Shown here: positions 53,283 through 64,000 of the stretch, in pieces
How the letters are laid out: every line of letters starts with the position of its first letter
Numbering within the stretch: the stretch's first letter is position 1
Assembly: GCF_963676685.1 (NCBI RefSeq)
Contig: NC_092345.1
Coordinates: forward strand, 85,250,001 to 85,314,000
Origin: Mytilus edulis
Lineage: Eukaryota
Direction: 5' to 3'
DNA: 64,000 bases
The notes under the pieces: model-generated
Databases searched by the model: none
Seen by the model: only the letters and a program-made list of their open reading frames with translations
Told to the model about the DNA's origin: nothing
Position numbers and translations under genes: made by a program

Positions 53283-54149
53283 CTATCTGAATCGGCCTCC
53301 TCTGCGGTTGTAATAGTGTCTGTTGTTGTTATTGGGACGCTGTTGGTTTTGACGGGATACAAGATGGAGTTCGTGGTTAAGGTCCTGAAGTTGAAAAGTC
53401 AATTGAGAAATCGAGTCCGCTTGAAAATTTACCTTTGAACATAGGTCTGCTTTTTCTTTTTCTAATGCTTGTTTTTCATTTTTCAATGATTGGATTTCAT
53501 CCGTAAATTCGGTAGAACGCATATAGTAAAGATCTTGCACCATTTTAACAGTCCCGTTTTTTTCGATTACTTGGTCCTTTAATTCTTGAATTTGATCCAC
53601 ATATTCCTGTACGTTTATGCGCGAAGCACTTTCTTCTTTCTGTTGACGCAGGTTTTCAAGTTCTTGCTTGAACTGGTCTCTTTCTGATTCGATGATTTGC
53701 TGATTCTTTAATTGAATTTTGAGTGCCTCGATACACTTTTGCTGTTCTAGATTTGTATTCTTTTCCTTTGCAATTTTCTGCTTCACACTTTTTAATTCTG
53801 TCTTGAGCACATTTGAAATATCCAAATATTGAATGAAAGGTGAATTCCGCATACCAGAGAATGGTAAAGCACGGATAATATTTTTACACTGAATATAGCT
53901 GTGTATTCTAGCTGTATCGCGCTCTTTTTGCTTTTTAGATTTCACACTAACTGATTTACTTTTGCTGTCCTTTGTAACTTTAGAAAAACACTTACTAGAA
54001 TAATGTCCGAATTTTCCGCACGAATAACATCTCTGATTGAAAGAGTTACAAATATAATGTTTGTGAAATTTGCCACACCTCCCACATGCTGGACTATAAC
54101 CTGACTGGATGTTCCATGGTCTCCATTGTGGTCGGAAGCTGTACTCCAT
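53283..54149 (-). CDS. 288-aa intronless protein: two CCHC zinc knuckles, long coiled coil, N/R-rich RGG tail (Gag-nucleocapsid-like)
   Basis: CGRCGKFHKHYIC and CYSCGKFGHYSSKC; E/K/Q-rich heptads at about aa 115-265; C-terminus NQQRPNNNNRHYYNRRGGRFR. Confidence 0.85.
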   Translation of the reverse strand: MEYSFRPQWRPWNIQSGYSPACGRCGKFHKHYICNSFNQRCYSCGKFGHYSSKCFSKVTKDSKSKSVSVKSKKQKERDTARIHSYIQCKNIIRALPFSGMRNSPFIQYLDISNVLKTELKSVKQKIAKEKNTNLEQQKCIEALKIQLKNQQIIESERDQFKQELENLRQQKEESASRINVQEYVDQIQELKDQVIEKNGTVKMVQDLYYMRSTEFTDEIQSLKNEKQALEKEKADLCSKVNFQADSISQLTFQLQDLNHELHLVSRQNQQRPNNNNRHYYNRRGGRFR

Positions 54150-54256
54150 CGTTGAATATTGTCTACGCTACTTGTCTGGGAACTCGCTTGGCTGCTTGAG
54201 GTCTCTGGATCGTGTGTTGAGCATAGAAGTCAGCACGCCGTCGTCGTCCACCAATC

Positions 54257-54934
54257 TGTCACCGGGGAAACTGGGTGACTTGTGGGGTCGTGCAACAAGA
54301 GCCTGACTGAATGGCCTCTTGTTACTGAAACTGTGTGATGCACCTGATCACACAACGAACGATTGCTGTGAATAGCAATGAGAACTCTGGAACTGAAACT
54401 CTGGTGAAAACTAACTACTGAGACTCTGGAACTAGCGATGCATAAACCAATAATTCAGCATGGAATACTAATACTTTTATTACAGATGGACTGTGTTCAG
54501 TGTAAAGTCCTGAGTCCAAATCTTGCTTATTGAAATTATAAGCAAGTATTTATACACAATTGAAATGACAAGAATAGACATAACAAATAACAGTTAATTT
54601 GAGTGATATTGTTCACTGACAAAGATTAAACTATTTTTAGAACTTGAAGAATAGATATTAAATGATAATCTGATTATGACAATTAAGAACATACATTATG
54701 AATAAGGTAAAATGTCACTAATTAGGTAACAGATTGAAACATGTCACTCAATGTCCAAACTAAGAATTAAAAAGCATGTTGATTTTAAGTCCTGGATACG
54801 AAATGTAAATAGAAACGAAATTATAAAATAAAATGAATTATAAAACAAAGAGAATTAAAGTCTGAAATATCAAAATTGAGAATTTTATATTAAAGTCCAA
54901 AATAATAAACGAAGCTGCTTTTTCCACTGTCACA
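54257..54934 (-). repeat. 5' LTR
   Basis: 678 bp; I see only 3 substitutions relative to the other copy. Confidence 0.92.
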
Positions 54935-54991
54935 GATACTTAAAAATCAAATATATGGTAGAGTACATACAATCTAGTCTCTTGCATTAGT

Positions 54992-55226
54992 ATTGAAACA
55001 TTTAGCTTAAACATATTTATTTATAGTGAATTGGGAAACAAGTTATTGCAACTTATATTAATCCCTTTCCACTTTGCGGGTGCGAGTGCTGCCTTGTAGC
55101 GGTATTAGCACATTCTTTTTCGATTCTATGTAAGGGTGCCTTTTACGTGCAAGAGATATGACTTTCTCTTAACACGGGTCAGCCATGTATCGCCCCTTCC
55201 GATGGACTATCATCGTTTCCTCAAGA
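54992..55226 (-). mobile_element. SINE fragment (Meta-SINE-like)
   Basis: TTTTACGTGC...AACACGGGTCAGCCATGTATCGCCCCTTCCGATGGAC resembles, from memory, the reverse complement of the Meta-domain core. Confidence 0.4.
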
Positions 55227-58200
55227 TATTTAAACATTTGGGTTTCTACTCGTAATACAAGTGATCCCTATTCAAGCTCGTAGAAAAATTGTAAGAATTT
55301 GTTATAAATGAAATGGAATGACCAAAGTAGATACAAATAGATCTATATTGTTTAAGGGAGAGACCTATCATTTTTAAATAAATTAACTCCAACCAAAATG
55401 CTCTGAAACTGACATTATCAAAATGCTTGAGTTCGTGACATAGCTATTACGCCTGCTGGTCATGTCTTCAACAAACAATCAGCATTCATATGAGAATTAA
55501 ATATATCCTCTAAAATATTTAATTGGAATTAAAGAGTCCGACAAGATAACCCGCTATACGGTATCATACAACAACAGTTTCTTGCGAAGAATAAATAGAA
55601 TCAAGCATTATTCTTTAACATCGCGTTCCGCCATATAGTTGATGTCCTCTCACTATTTACACCGAGATCTCGGTTTATTAAATTGTTATCTCGGTTAAAT
55701 ATACCATGCAAGCACTCTTTTGTCCATTTTGCCGCAATAACCATAAGAGGGGTTATGGAGGCCGTAAATGCCAAAATACGCGTGAAAATTTAGATATAGC
55801 CCATTTTAAATAATGGAATGGATTGCTGCGACCACCCTTTAGTCCCTTATTTCATACATACCTTATACCTCATTCGGAAGCTTATTTATATAGAACAAAA
55901 AAAAATATAGTTAATATGTTCTGCACCGCCTATTAGAGGATTAACAAAGAATGTTCACCCGTATTTCTGTTTTTAGGTCCTTTGTTACTCCTCTAATATG
56001 CGTTGTGGAACATATTGACTGTATACCTTTTGTTCCTCTATTAATAGGCTTTCGAATGAGGTATAATGTATACCTGTAATTAGGGGCTGAAGGGTAGCAG
56101 CAGTCCATTCCGTTATTGCGGCACAATGGAAATGTTATATCTATAAATATGGGATGAAGAACAGCAAAAGTAACGTGAAAAAAAATAATAACGTTGAGTA
56201 TTTTAGTATTTATATATATGTTTTGGTATTCAGGTCGTCCATACATTGAACCAAGGAATTTCTGTTAAAATAAGTTAAGGAAATCCACTAGTTTATTCTC
56301 CGAAACTAAATAAATGAATGAGTTAACGATATAATAATCCGCGATCTCGATATAACAGTTTCGTTTTATCGAGATAACGATATAATAAATCGGGATAACG
56401 ATATAATAATTCGAGATCTCGATATAACAATTTCGTTTTATCGAGATACGAAATATTTTTTTTATCGAGATCTCGGTAAAACGATTATGTTTTATCGTGA
56501 TCTCGAATTAAAAAAAATATTTTCTAATTTTGTGTGTGTCCCCTTACGGCTTCCGTAGTTATCCGTTTTGTCACATAGTACAACTCAATATTGCTATACA
56601 AGGAATTCCCCACATAGGCCAGACTATTAGATGTAGAGGAATGCATTACTAAGCACCATACCAAAGATACTCCGGAATTACAGAAGTCTGAATAAATAGT
56701 GTAGTTTGGTGCTGTACCAGCATAAAAATAGAAAAGTTGGCATGCTTGCCAATGAGACAACTATCCACTAGAATTCAAATGTCGTAAATATAAGCAATTA
56801 TTGGTCACCTTCAATAATAAGAAAATCCCGTATCGTATAGCCAGCTTTAAAATGTCCAACATGAAAAATTTAAAACAAGACGTATAATAGCCTTATTTCT
56901 AACAAAACATTTTACGAAAAACAAATATGACAGATATCAACCAGCTACAACCACAGTGACTTAATTACAGGCGCCTGACTTTGTACAGGCTAATAATAAT
57001 GTGGCGGTTACCACATTTTGTGAACGCTCAAACCTCTTCAAACCTGTGACAGTGTTGTGTCACTATAATTTTTAAAGAACTAAAGAACAAACTGTAAAAA
57101 AACAAGTTCAAATGGCTTAATCCAATAAATTAGTACGAAGCACAAATTAATCCAACTGACATAAACAATCTCAAGACCTTTATAATCTCTATGGAAAGGT
57201 CAGAATTGGAATGTACCAGGTATTTCACAGTCCAACTTATGTACTGGTTGTTGCTGTATGTGTGTTTGAATATATTATCAACCTGAGCCATAGTACTTCT
57301 GGTAGACTAGAAGAAGACATTTTCTCTACTATACAACGGACCACAAATTCCTTAGACCTTGGGGAATCTGGCTGCACTGGATTTGGGTAACCTGGTATGT
57401 CAAACAGCCAGATTGAATTATTGCCGTCTGCAGACACTGTATTTCTGAATCTCGACCATAGTATACCCTATAAACATTGACGAGACTATTGACGAGACTG
57501 CATAAAGCGGTAGGACGTGGGAAAATATGGAAAAACCCATAAAAGTATTCATTTGTCCATAATAAAACAAAGGAACAACAGGAACACTGAAGTGCAACAA
57601 AATCAAACGCCAACATACATAGAAACGAACTCTTTGATAACAACTGTCATTTTCCTGACTTGGTACAGGACAGTTTAAGAAAAATGATGGGTTGAACCTT
57701 TTTGAAGGCTATCCAACCCTCCCGCTTATTTAACGATGTTGAAAAACATATCGCTAAAATGACAACACTGCAATACAGAAATACAGCCGAACACACGCAA
57801 GAATACTCATCACAGGGAAACGCACAAACAAATAATAGAATAGTCGACACAATATGCAACCGAATAACAACAACGAACATTTTCCATCAACGACAGACAC
57901 AGGACAATTTTAAGCATAGTATATCTGATTGTTTGCAGTCAATTTCCTGTTTCATCAGACTTTAAATTACTTAAATCTTGTCAGTAACTGGGAAAGGGGG
58001 TCAAAATTTTATTGACCCCAATAATATTTCCCTACCCCCTCCCCCTTTAAAAACATTTCAGCCTTATATGCCAGGAGTAAAGAGGAAAAGTTAATTAAGA
58101 ATATTAAAAAAAAATGTGATCCCCTTTCTATTAAAAAAGGCAATGAAAATCAAAATGAATAGTACACTAGGACATTAGACAGAATAATTAATGAGTAGCC

Positions 58201-59110
58201 AAAACTTTGACTTCATCATACTTGAAGAAAGCTTACTAAATATTAGAACTGATATATATTAGCCGAACAATCAGACGGAAGAGAACTGTTCAAATTGGCA
58301 TAATAAACAGGGAATTCAAGCGAAACCCAAAGGTTAAGAAACAGAATGGGAAAAGGCTTTTTACAGCTTGAGAGAAATTGTTAAGATTATCGTTACTGAA
58401 AACCTTTAACGAATGCTGCCCTCAGATTTTCCTTACTATTCCAAATATAGAATCAAGATGCAAGAGGGCTTGAATCAATTCAACCAAGACAGGTATTGGC
58501 AGCTATAAAAAAATCTCTGCTTCGGATTTGTTCGAAACGGAATCAAATGATATCACGAAGAATGTTTACAATAATAAATTCAAGTATTCCATGCCGAAAA
58601 TCTAATGAGCCGGGCTTGAAAAAAGTTTGATGAAAATCAAAATCAAGCAGAACCAGACACTTGTGAAGCTCTTGAAGTGCAAGGTATAGAAGGTGAGAAA
58701 ATTGAATCTTCAGGAGATAAGTTATATCTTATATATATTATCCTTTCTTAAAAAAAACTTTGAATGATCCCCCAACTTTGATTTTATAATATTTTTTTTA
58801 TTGAATCCCCTTTTCCTTTCTTACGAAAAAAAAACTTGACCCCTTACATTTTGACCAGCCTGGTAAAAAATATATATAAAAGTCAGATATAAAAGTCAAA
58901 TATATGAATATTTAAAGTGGTTGCGAAATGTCCTTTACGGTTTATTATCGGTCTGAAATGCTCTTTTGGTAAACAGATGAACCATTCTAATTATAAAATT
59001 ATGACTGCTATCTAGTGGTATGTTTGACTGGGTTCGCATAAAATTCAGCTTTTAAAGTATATCGTTCGGGTACCAGACTGGATGAATAAGTCGGATCTGT
59101 CTTTCCTGTT

Positions 59111-59122
59111 GAAAGTGAAAGT
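59111..59122 (+). promoter_or_regulatory. IRF-E/ISRE-like element GAAAGTGAAAGT
   Basis: Matches the IRF consensus GAAANNGAAA(S/G)Y, about 50-60 bp upstream of the CARD ATG. Confidence 0.55.
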
Positions 59123-59171
59123 AAAGAAAGGATTTTATCCTGCCATAAATAAACATAGTGTGAGAAGTACA

Positions 59172-59630
59172 ATGAGTTCCGATGATATCAAAATGATTTT
59201 GAGAAAGTTTTACGTTGTATTACGAACGAATGTTGATCCCCGTGCAGTCACGCCAATAATTGAAGGCCTCACAGTTTTTGATAAGCAACAAATACAGGCA
59301 ACAACTAACATGGATGGTGCTATGCTTGGGAACGACAAACTGCTAGACACACTTGGACGTCGCACGACAAGAACATTTTTGTCATTTGTGACAGTTTTAA
59401 AAGAGTATAATCAAGAAATAGCATATGATATGATGCAATACGCACAAGATCATTTCCCAAATATACACACTAGCATTCGGAATTTTGAGCGACATCATAA
59501 TCAAATACCATCAGCAACTGTTAAGCCTTCAGTTGCTTCAGGTTCAGATGCTCAGAATTATCCACTTAGTGAGAGCCATAGTATTCACCAAAGAACAACA
59601 TTTAGCCAGCGTCCTGATGCAGGGTCACAG
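59172..59630 (+). CDS. CARD/death-fold domain protein, coding exon 1 (gene continues beyond the window)
   Basis: ILRKFYVVLRTNVDPRAV...GLTVFDKQQIQA...NDKLLDTLGRRTTRTFLSFVTVLKEYNQEIA follows the six-helix CARD pattern. It is followed by an S/Q-rich linker and a CAG|gtagtt donor (phase 0). Confidence 0.68.
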
Positions 59631-59790
59631 GTAGTTATATTTTGTTTTAGGATTGTGTCATTTATGTTATATAATTTTCAAATTTGTATTCCTTTCCTAT
59701 CTTAAAAATCTTCAATGGGTTACTTTGTTTATGTTATGATTCAAAAAAATAATGTATGCAGGCCAAATAAGGTAAATATTCTGGTGTTAC

Positions 59791-60711
59791 TGTACTGATA
59801 AAATATTGTCCCCATGAAGTATTGTCTGTCGGACAAAATTTCATATAAAATATTGTCCACTGACAGAATTTCATAATGAAATATTGTCATTGACAATATT
59901 TTTTATGAAATAGTGTTCTTGTCCATGAAATTTTGTCATCTCCTTCTGGACAATATTTCACTATGACATTCTGTTCATGACAATATTTCACTATGAAATA
60001 CTGATCAATACTGGCTTTGAAAATCTTTTTTAATCGAGTTATTACATTATTAGAAATAGTAGCACACAAGCATGTTTCATGCACATTTTTATATTTAGTT
60101 TTTTTTATAGTAAGGAATTTATATTATTACTAATAGTGAGTTTAAAATTTGCATAGATACTTTACAAATGGTTAATTATAGATTAAAGAATTGTCAAATA
60201 GATATAGGAAGATGTGGTATGAGTGCCAATGAGACAACTCTCTATTGTATGTTTCATTATTTTACATTATTACACTGTCATGACTGTACAAATATAAGTA
60301 ATGTACTGACAATCACTTATTTTGTAAATATATTTAAAAATTCCTATATACCTTCTCTAACATGAATATATGTTGATAACCTCCACTTCATGAGACAAAA
60401 TTCCATGACAATCTGTCTATGAAATATTGTCTCAATACTCACAAAATATAACCAAAATACAACCTCCCTTTAACAGAACAAAATTTGATAGAATTCATCT
60501 GTGAAATATTGTCTCAATTCACACAAAATATAACCTCCCTTTAACAAGACAAAGTTCCATAGTATTGATCTGTGAAATATTGTCTATATACAGACAAAAT
60601 TTCACTATGAAAATTTGTCCTTCTCTGGACATTTTTCCATAGATGAGGACAATATTTCACGATACATAGTCTTGTGGTACAATATTTCATAGGACAATAT
60701 CTTGCTTTACA
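59791..60711. mobile_element. Non-autonomous DNA element with subterminal AAATATTGTCC/GGACAATATTT arrays
   Basis: The motif repeats in both orientations at both ends; termini TGTA...TACA. Confidence 0.5.
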
Positions 60712-63352
60712 AATATGCAGGTGTTATAAGGATTGGTCAGTGTTGTATTTCTAAGGTTCATATGCAGGTGTTATAATGATTGGTCAGTGTTGTATTTCTA
60801 AGGTTAATATGCAGGTGTTATAATGATTGGTCAGTGTTGTATTTCTAAGGTTAATATGCAAGTGTTATATGTGGTTGGTCAGTGTTGTAATACTAAGGTA
60901 AATATATACAGGTGTTAATTATTGGTCAGTTGTAATTCTAAGGTTGATATGCAAGTGTTAATGATTGCTCAGTGTTGAAATTCTAAGTTTAATATTCAGG
61001 TGTTACATGTGGTTGGTCAGTGTTGTAATACTAAGGTAAATATGCAGGTGTTAATGATTGGTCAGTGTCGTAATTCTAAGGTTGATATGCAAGTGTTAAT
61101 GATTGCTCAGTATTGAAATTCAGGTCAGGTGAAATTCTAAGTTTAATATTCAGGTGTTATATGTGGTTGGTCAGTGTTGTAATACTAAGGTAAATATATA
61201 CAGGTGTTAATTATTGGTCAGTTGTAATTCTAAGGTTGATATGCAGGTGTTAATGATTGCTCAGTGTTGAAATTCTAAGTTTAATATTCAGGTGTTATAT
61301 GTGGTTGGTCAGTATTGTTATACTAAGGTAAATATATACAGGTGTTAATTATTGGTCAGTGTCGTAATTCTAAGGTTGATATGCAAGTGTTAATGATTGC
61401 TCAGTGTTGAAATTCTAAGTTTAATATTCAGGTGTTACATGTGGTTGGTCAGTGTTGTAATACTAAGGTAAATATGCAGGTGTTAATGATTGGTCAGTGT
61501 CATAATTCTAAGGTTGATATGCAAGTGTTAATGATTGCTCAGTGTTGAAATTCTAAGTTTAATATTCAGGTGTTACATGTGGTTGGTCAGTGTTGTAATA
61601 CTAAGGTAAATATGCAGGTGTTAATGATTGGTCAGTGTCGTAATTCTAAGGTTGATATGCAAGTGTTAATGATTGCTCAGTATTGAAATTCTAAGTTTAA
61701 TATTCAGGTGTTATATGTGGTTGGTCAGTGTTGTAATACTAAGGTAAATATGCAGGTGTTAATTATTGGTCAGTGTCGTAATTCTGAGGTTAATATGCAG
61801 GTGTTAATGATTGCTCAGTATTGAAATTCTAAGTTTAATATTCAGGTGTTATATGTGGTTGGTCAGTGTTGTAATACTAAGGTAAATATATACAGGTGTT
61901 AATTATTGGTCAGTTGTAATTCTAAGGTTGATATGCAAGTGTTAATGATTGCTCAGTGTTGAAATTCTAAGTTTAATATTCAGGTGTTACATGTGGTTGG
62001 TCAGTGTTGTAATACTAAGGTAAATATGCAGCTGTTAATAATTGGTCAGTGTTGTAATTCTAAGGTTGATATGCAAGTGTTAATGATTGCTCAGTGTTGA
62101 AATTCTAAGTTTAATATTCAGGTGTTATATGTGGTTGGTCAGTGTTGTAATTCTAAGGTAAATATATACAGGTGTTAATTATTGGTCAGTTGTAATTCTA
62201 AGGTTGATATGCAGGTGTTAATGATTGGTCAGTGTTGTAATACTAAGGTAAATATACAGGTGTTAATGATTGGTCAGTGTTGTAATACTAAGGTAAATAT
62301 GCAGGTGTTTATGATTGGTCAGTGTCGTAATTCTGAGGTTAATATGCAGCTGTTAATGATTGGTCAGTGTTGAAATTCTAAGTTTAATATTCAGGTGTTA
62401 TATGTGGTTGGTCAGTATTGTAATACTAAGGTAAATATGCAGGTGTTAATGATTGGTCAGTGTCGTAATTCTGAGGTTAATATGCAGCTGTTAATGATTG
62501 GTCAGTGTTGTAATACTAAGGTAAATATGCAGGTGTTAATGATTGGTCAGTGTGGTAATTCTAAGGTTAATATACAGGTGTTAATGATTGGTCAGTGTAG
62601 TAATTCTAAGGTTTATATGCAGGTGTTAATGATTGGTCAGTGTCGTAATTCTGAGGTTAATATGCAGCTGTTAATGATTGGTCAGTGTTGTTATACTAAG
62701 GTAAATATGCAGGTGTTAATGTTGGTCAGTGTGGTAATTCTAAGGTTAATATACAGGTGTTAATGATTGGTCAGTGTAGTAATTCTAAGGTTTATATGCA
62801 GGTGTTAATGATTGGTCAGTGTCGTAATTCTGAGGTTAATATGCAGCTGTTAATGATTGGTCAGTGTGGTAATTCTAAGGTAAATGTGCAGGTGTTAATG
62901 ATTGGTCAGTGTTGTAATTCTAAGGTATATATACAGGTGTTAATTATTGGTCAGTTGTAATTCTAAGGTTGATATGCAGGTGTTAATGATTGGTCAGTGT
63001 GGTAATTCTAAGGTTAATATGCAGGTGTTAATGATTGGTCAGTGTAGTAATTCTAAGGTTAATATGCAGGTGTTAATTATTGGTCAGTTGTAATTCTAAG
63101 GTAAATATACAGGTTTCAATGATTGGTCAGTGTTGTAATACTATGGTAAATATGCAGGTGTTAATGATTGGTCAGTGTTGTAATTCAGAGGTTAATATGC
63201 AGCTGTTAATGATTGGTCAGTGCTGTAATTCTAAGGTTAATATACAGGTGTTAATGATTGGTCAGTGTTGTAATTCTAAGGTTAATATGCAGGTGTTAAT
63301 GATTGGTCAGTGTGGTAATTCTAAGGTTATATACAGGTGTTAATGATTGTGT
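60711..63352. repeat. 45-bp satellite (45/47-bp variants, about 58 copies) in the CARD gene intron
   Basis: Consensus AATATGCAGGTGTTAATGATTGGTCAGTGTTGTAATTCTAAGGTT. Confidence 0.95.
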
Positions 63353-63716
63353 GGTCATTTTATAGTAAATATATAGTAATAAGGGCAAGAAGGTAGGGAT
63401 TTTTTTTCTTCAATTGAGTCTATGGGGGCAACATTGTGACTTCAACTTTAATCAAAAATGGCAAGCAAAACTTCAGGACAGGGGATATAAATTAGGGTAG
63501 GTAGGGGTACAGTTAACACACATACTTTTTGGTTTTGCCTTACATGTATTTTAAGTGTGCTTGATTAATAGATGAAAATGTCAAATTCTGATGCTGACAA
63601 ACATTGTGTAGCCCTTATAAACTAACAAGAGTAAATTCATATACAAACACTCTTAGTACTGATTAAAATGATGTTCTTATTTGTTTATTGATTTATCAAC
63701 TTCATATTTTTGGCAG

Positions 63717-63828
63717 GCCATCATTACAAGAGAACAAGAATCTACAGATACATACAGTAGTGGTGGTTTTACTGTTCAGTCTGTTCACAGAACTAGAGAA
63801 GTTACCAGACAGGTGAAATTCACTGAAG
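63717..63828 (+). CDS. Probable coding exon 2 of the CARD gene
   Basis: ttttggcag|GCC is in phase 0; AIITREQESTDTYSSGGFTVQSVHRTREVTRQ; the donor is at 63812 or 63828 (uncertain). Confidence 0.55.
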
Positions 63829-64000
63829 GTAATAACAGTTTGTTATTTACTTTTGGAAAACTACGATTGAACGTGTATAAGATTTAGATTTGATGTGAAA
63901 ATGATAATGTTGTTCTAGTATATCCTCTACTTTCTAAAGCAGGTTGTATCTATAGAAACTACTGACCTAAGCCAATTTTCAATTTATGAATAATTCAAAA

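Larger units (their letters stand above)
52564..54934 (-). mobile_element. Non-autonomous LTR retrotransposon (2371 bp) carrying one zinc-knuckle/coiled-coil ORF
   Basis: 678-bp direct repeats at 52564-53241 and 54257-54934 with TG...CA ends. 4-bp TSD GATA (52560-52563 and 54935-54938). On the minus strand there is a PBS-like TGGTGGACGA 3 nt after the 5' LTR and a PPT GGGAGGAGAGG just before the 3' LTR. Confidence 0.92.

Noticed and set aside
55650-56555. CGAGATCTCG-rich tandem motifs as a regulatory array
   Set aside because: Probably subterminal repeats of a decayed MITE; I could not define boundaries or a TSD.
57237-57643. Overlapping minus-strand ORFs, possibly an exon
   Set aside because: No recognisable domain and no consistent splice partners; I cannot support a gene.
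59082-59171. Upstream in-frame ATG extending the CARD ORF
   Set aside because: The extension overlaps the IRF-like motif, and the CARD pattern begins right after the ATG at 59172. It is not excluded, but less likely.
62182-63343. Cys-rich repetitive ORFs (VNMQVLMIGQCCNSK)n
   Set aside because: These are translations of the 45-bp satellite; frequent frameshifts and stops show no coding constraint.

Overview
AT-rich, intron-rich eukaryotic DNA. The repeat landscape suggests a bivalve mollusc, probably Mytilus (inference). I assembled three protein genes by hand from GT-AG junctions. (1) A complete 19-coding-exon membrane adenylate cyclase of the ADCY5/6 type on + (12246-34705, about 1151 aa). 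(2) A complete 7-exon Gfo/Idh/MocA (myo-inositol 2-dehydrogenase-like) oxidoreductase on - (51922-45653, about 343 aa). (3) The first two exons of a CARD/death-fold gene on + (from 59172, running off the window), with an IRF-type motif just upstream. The most unusual object is a young 2371-bp LTR element (52564-54934). It has 678-bp near-identical LTRs, a 4-bp TSD, a PBS and a PPT. Its 1-kb interior is almost entirely one intact ORF (double zinc knuckle, coiled coil, RGG tail) with no protease, RT, integrase or recognisable capsid. It sits inside a decayed Penelope-like RT fragment, about 640 bp upstream of the oxidoreductase. The rest of the window holds Helentron-associated (HINE/DINE-like) elements including a head-to-tail trimer, TTAA- and TA-flanked MITEs, SINEs, hammerhead-ribozyme-bearing repeats and three satellite arrays. 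All family names come from motif recognition, not database searches.
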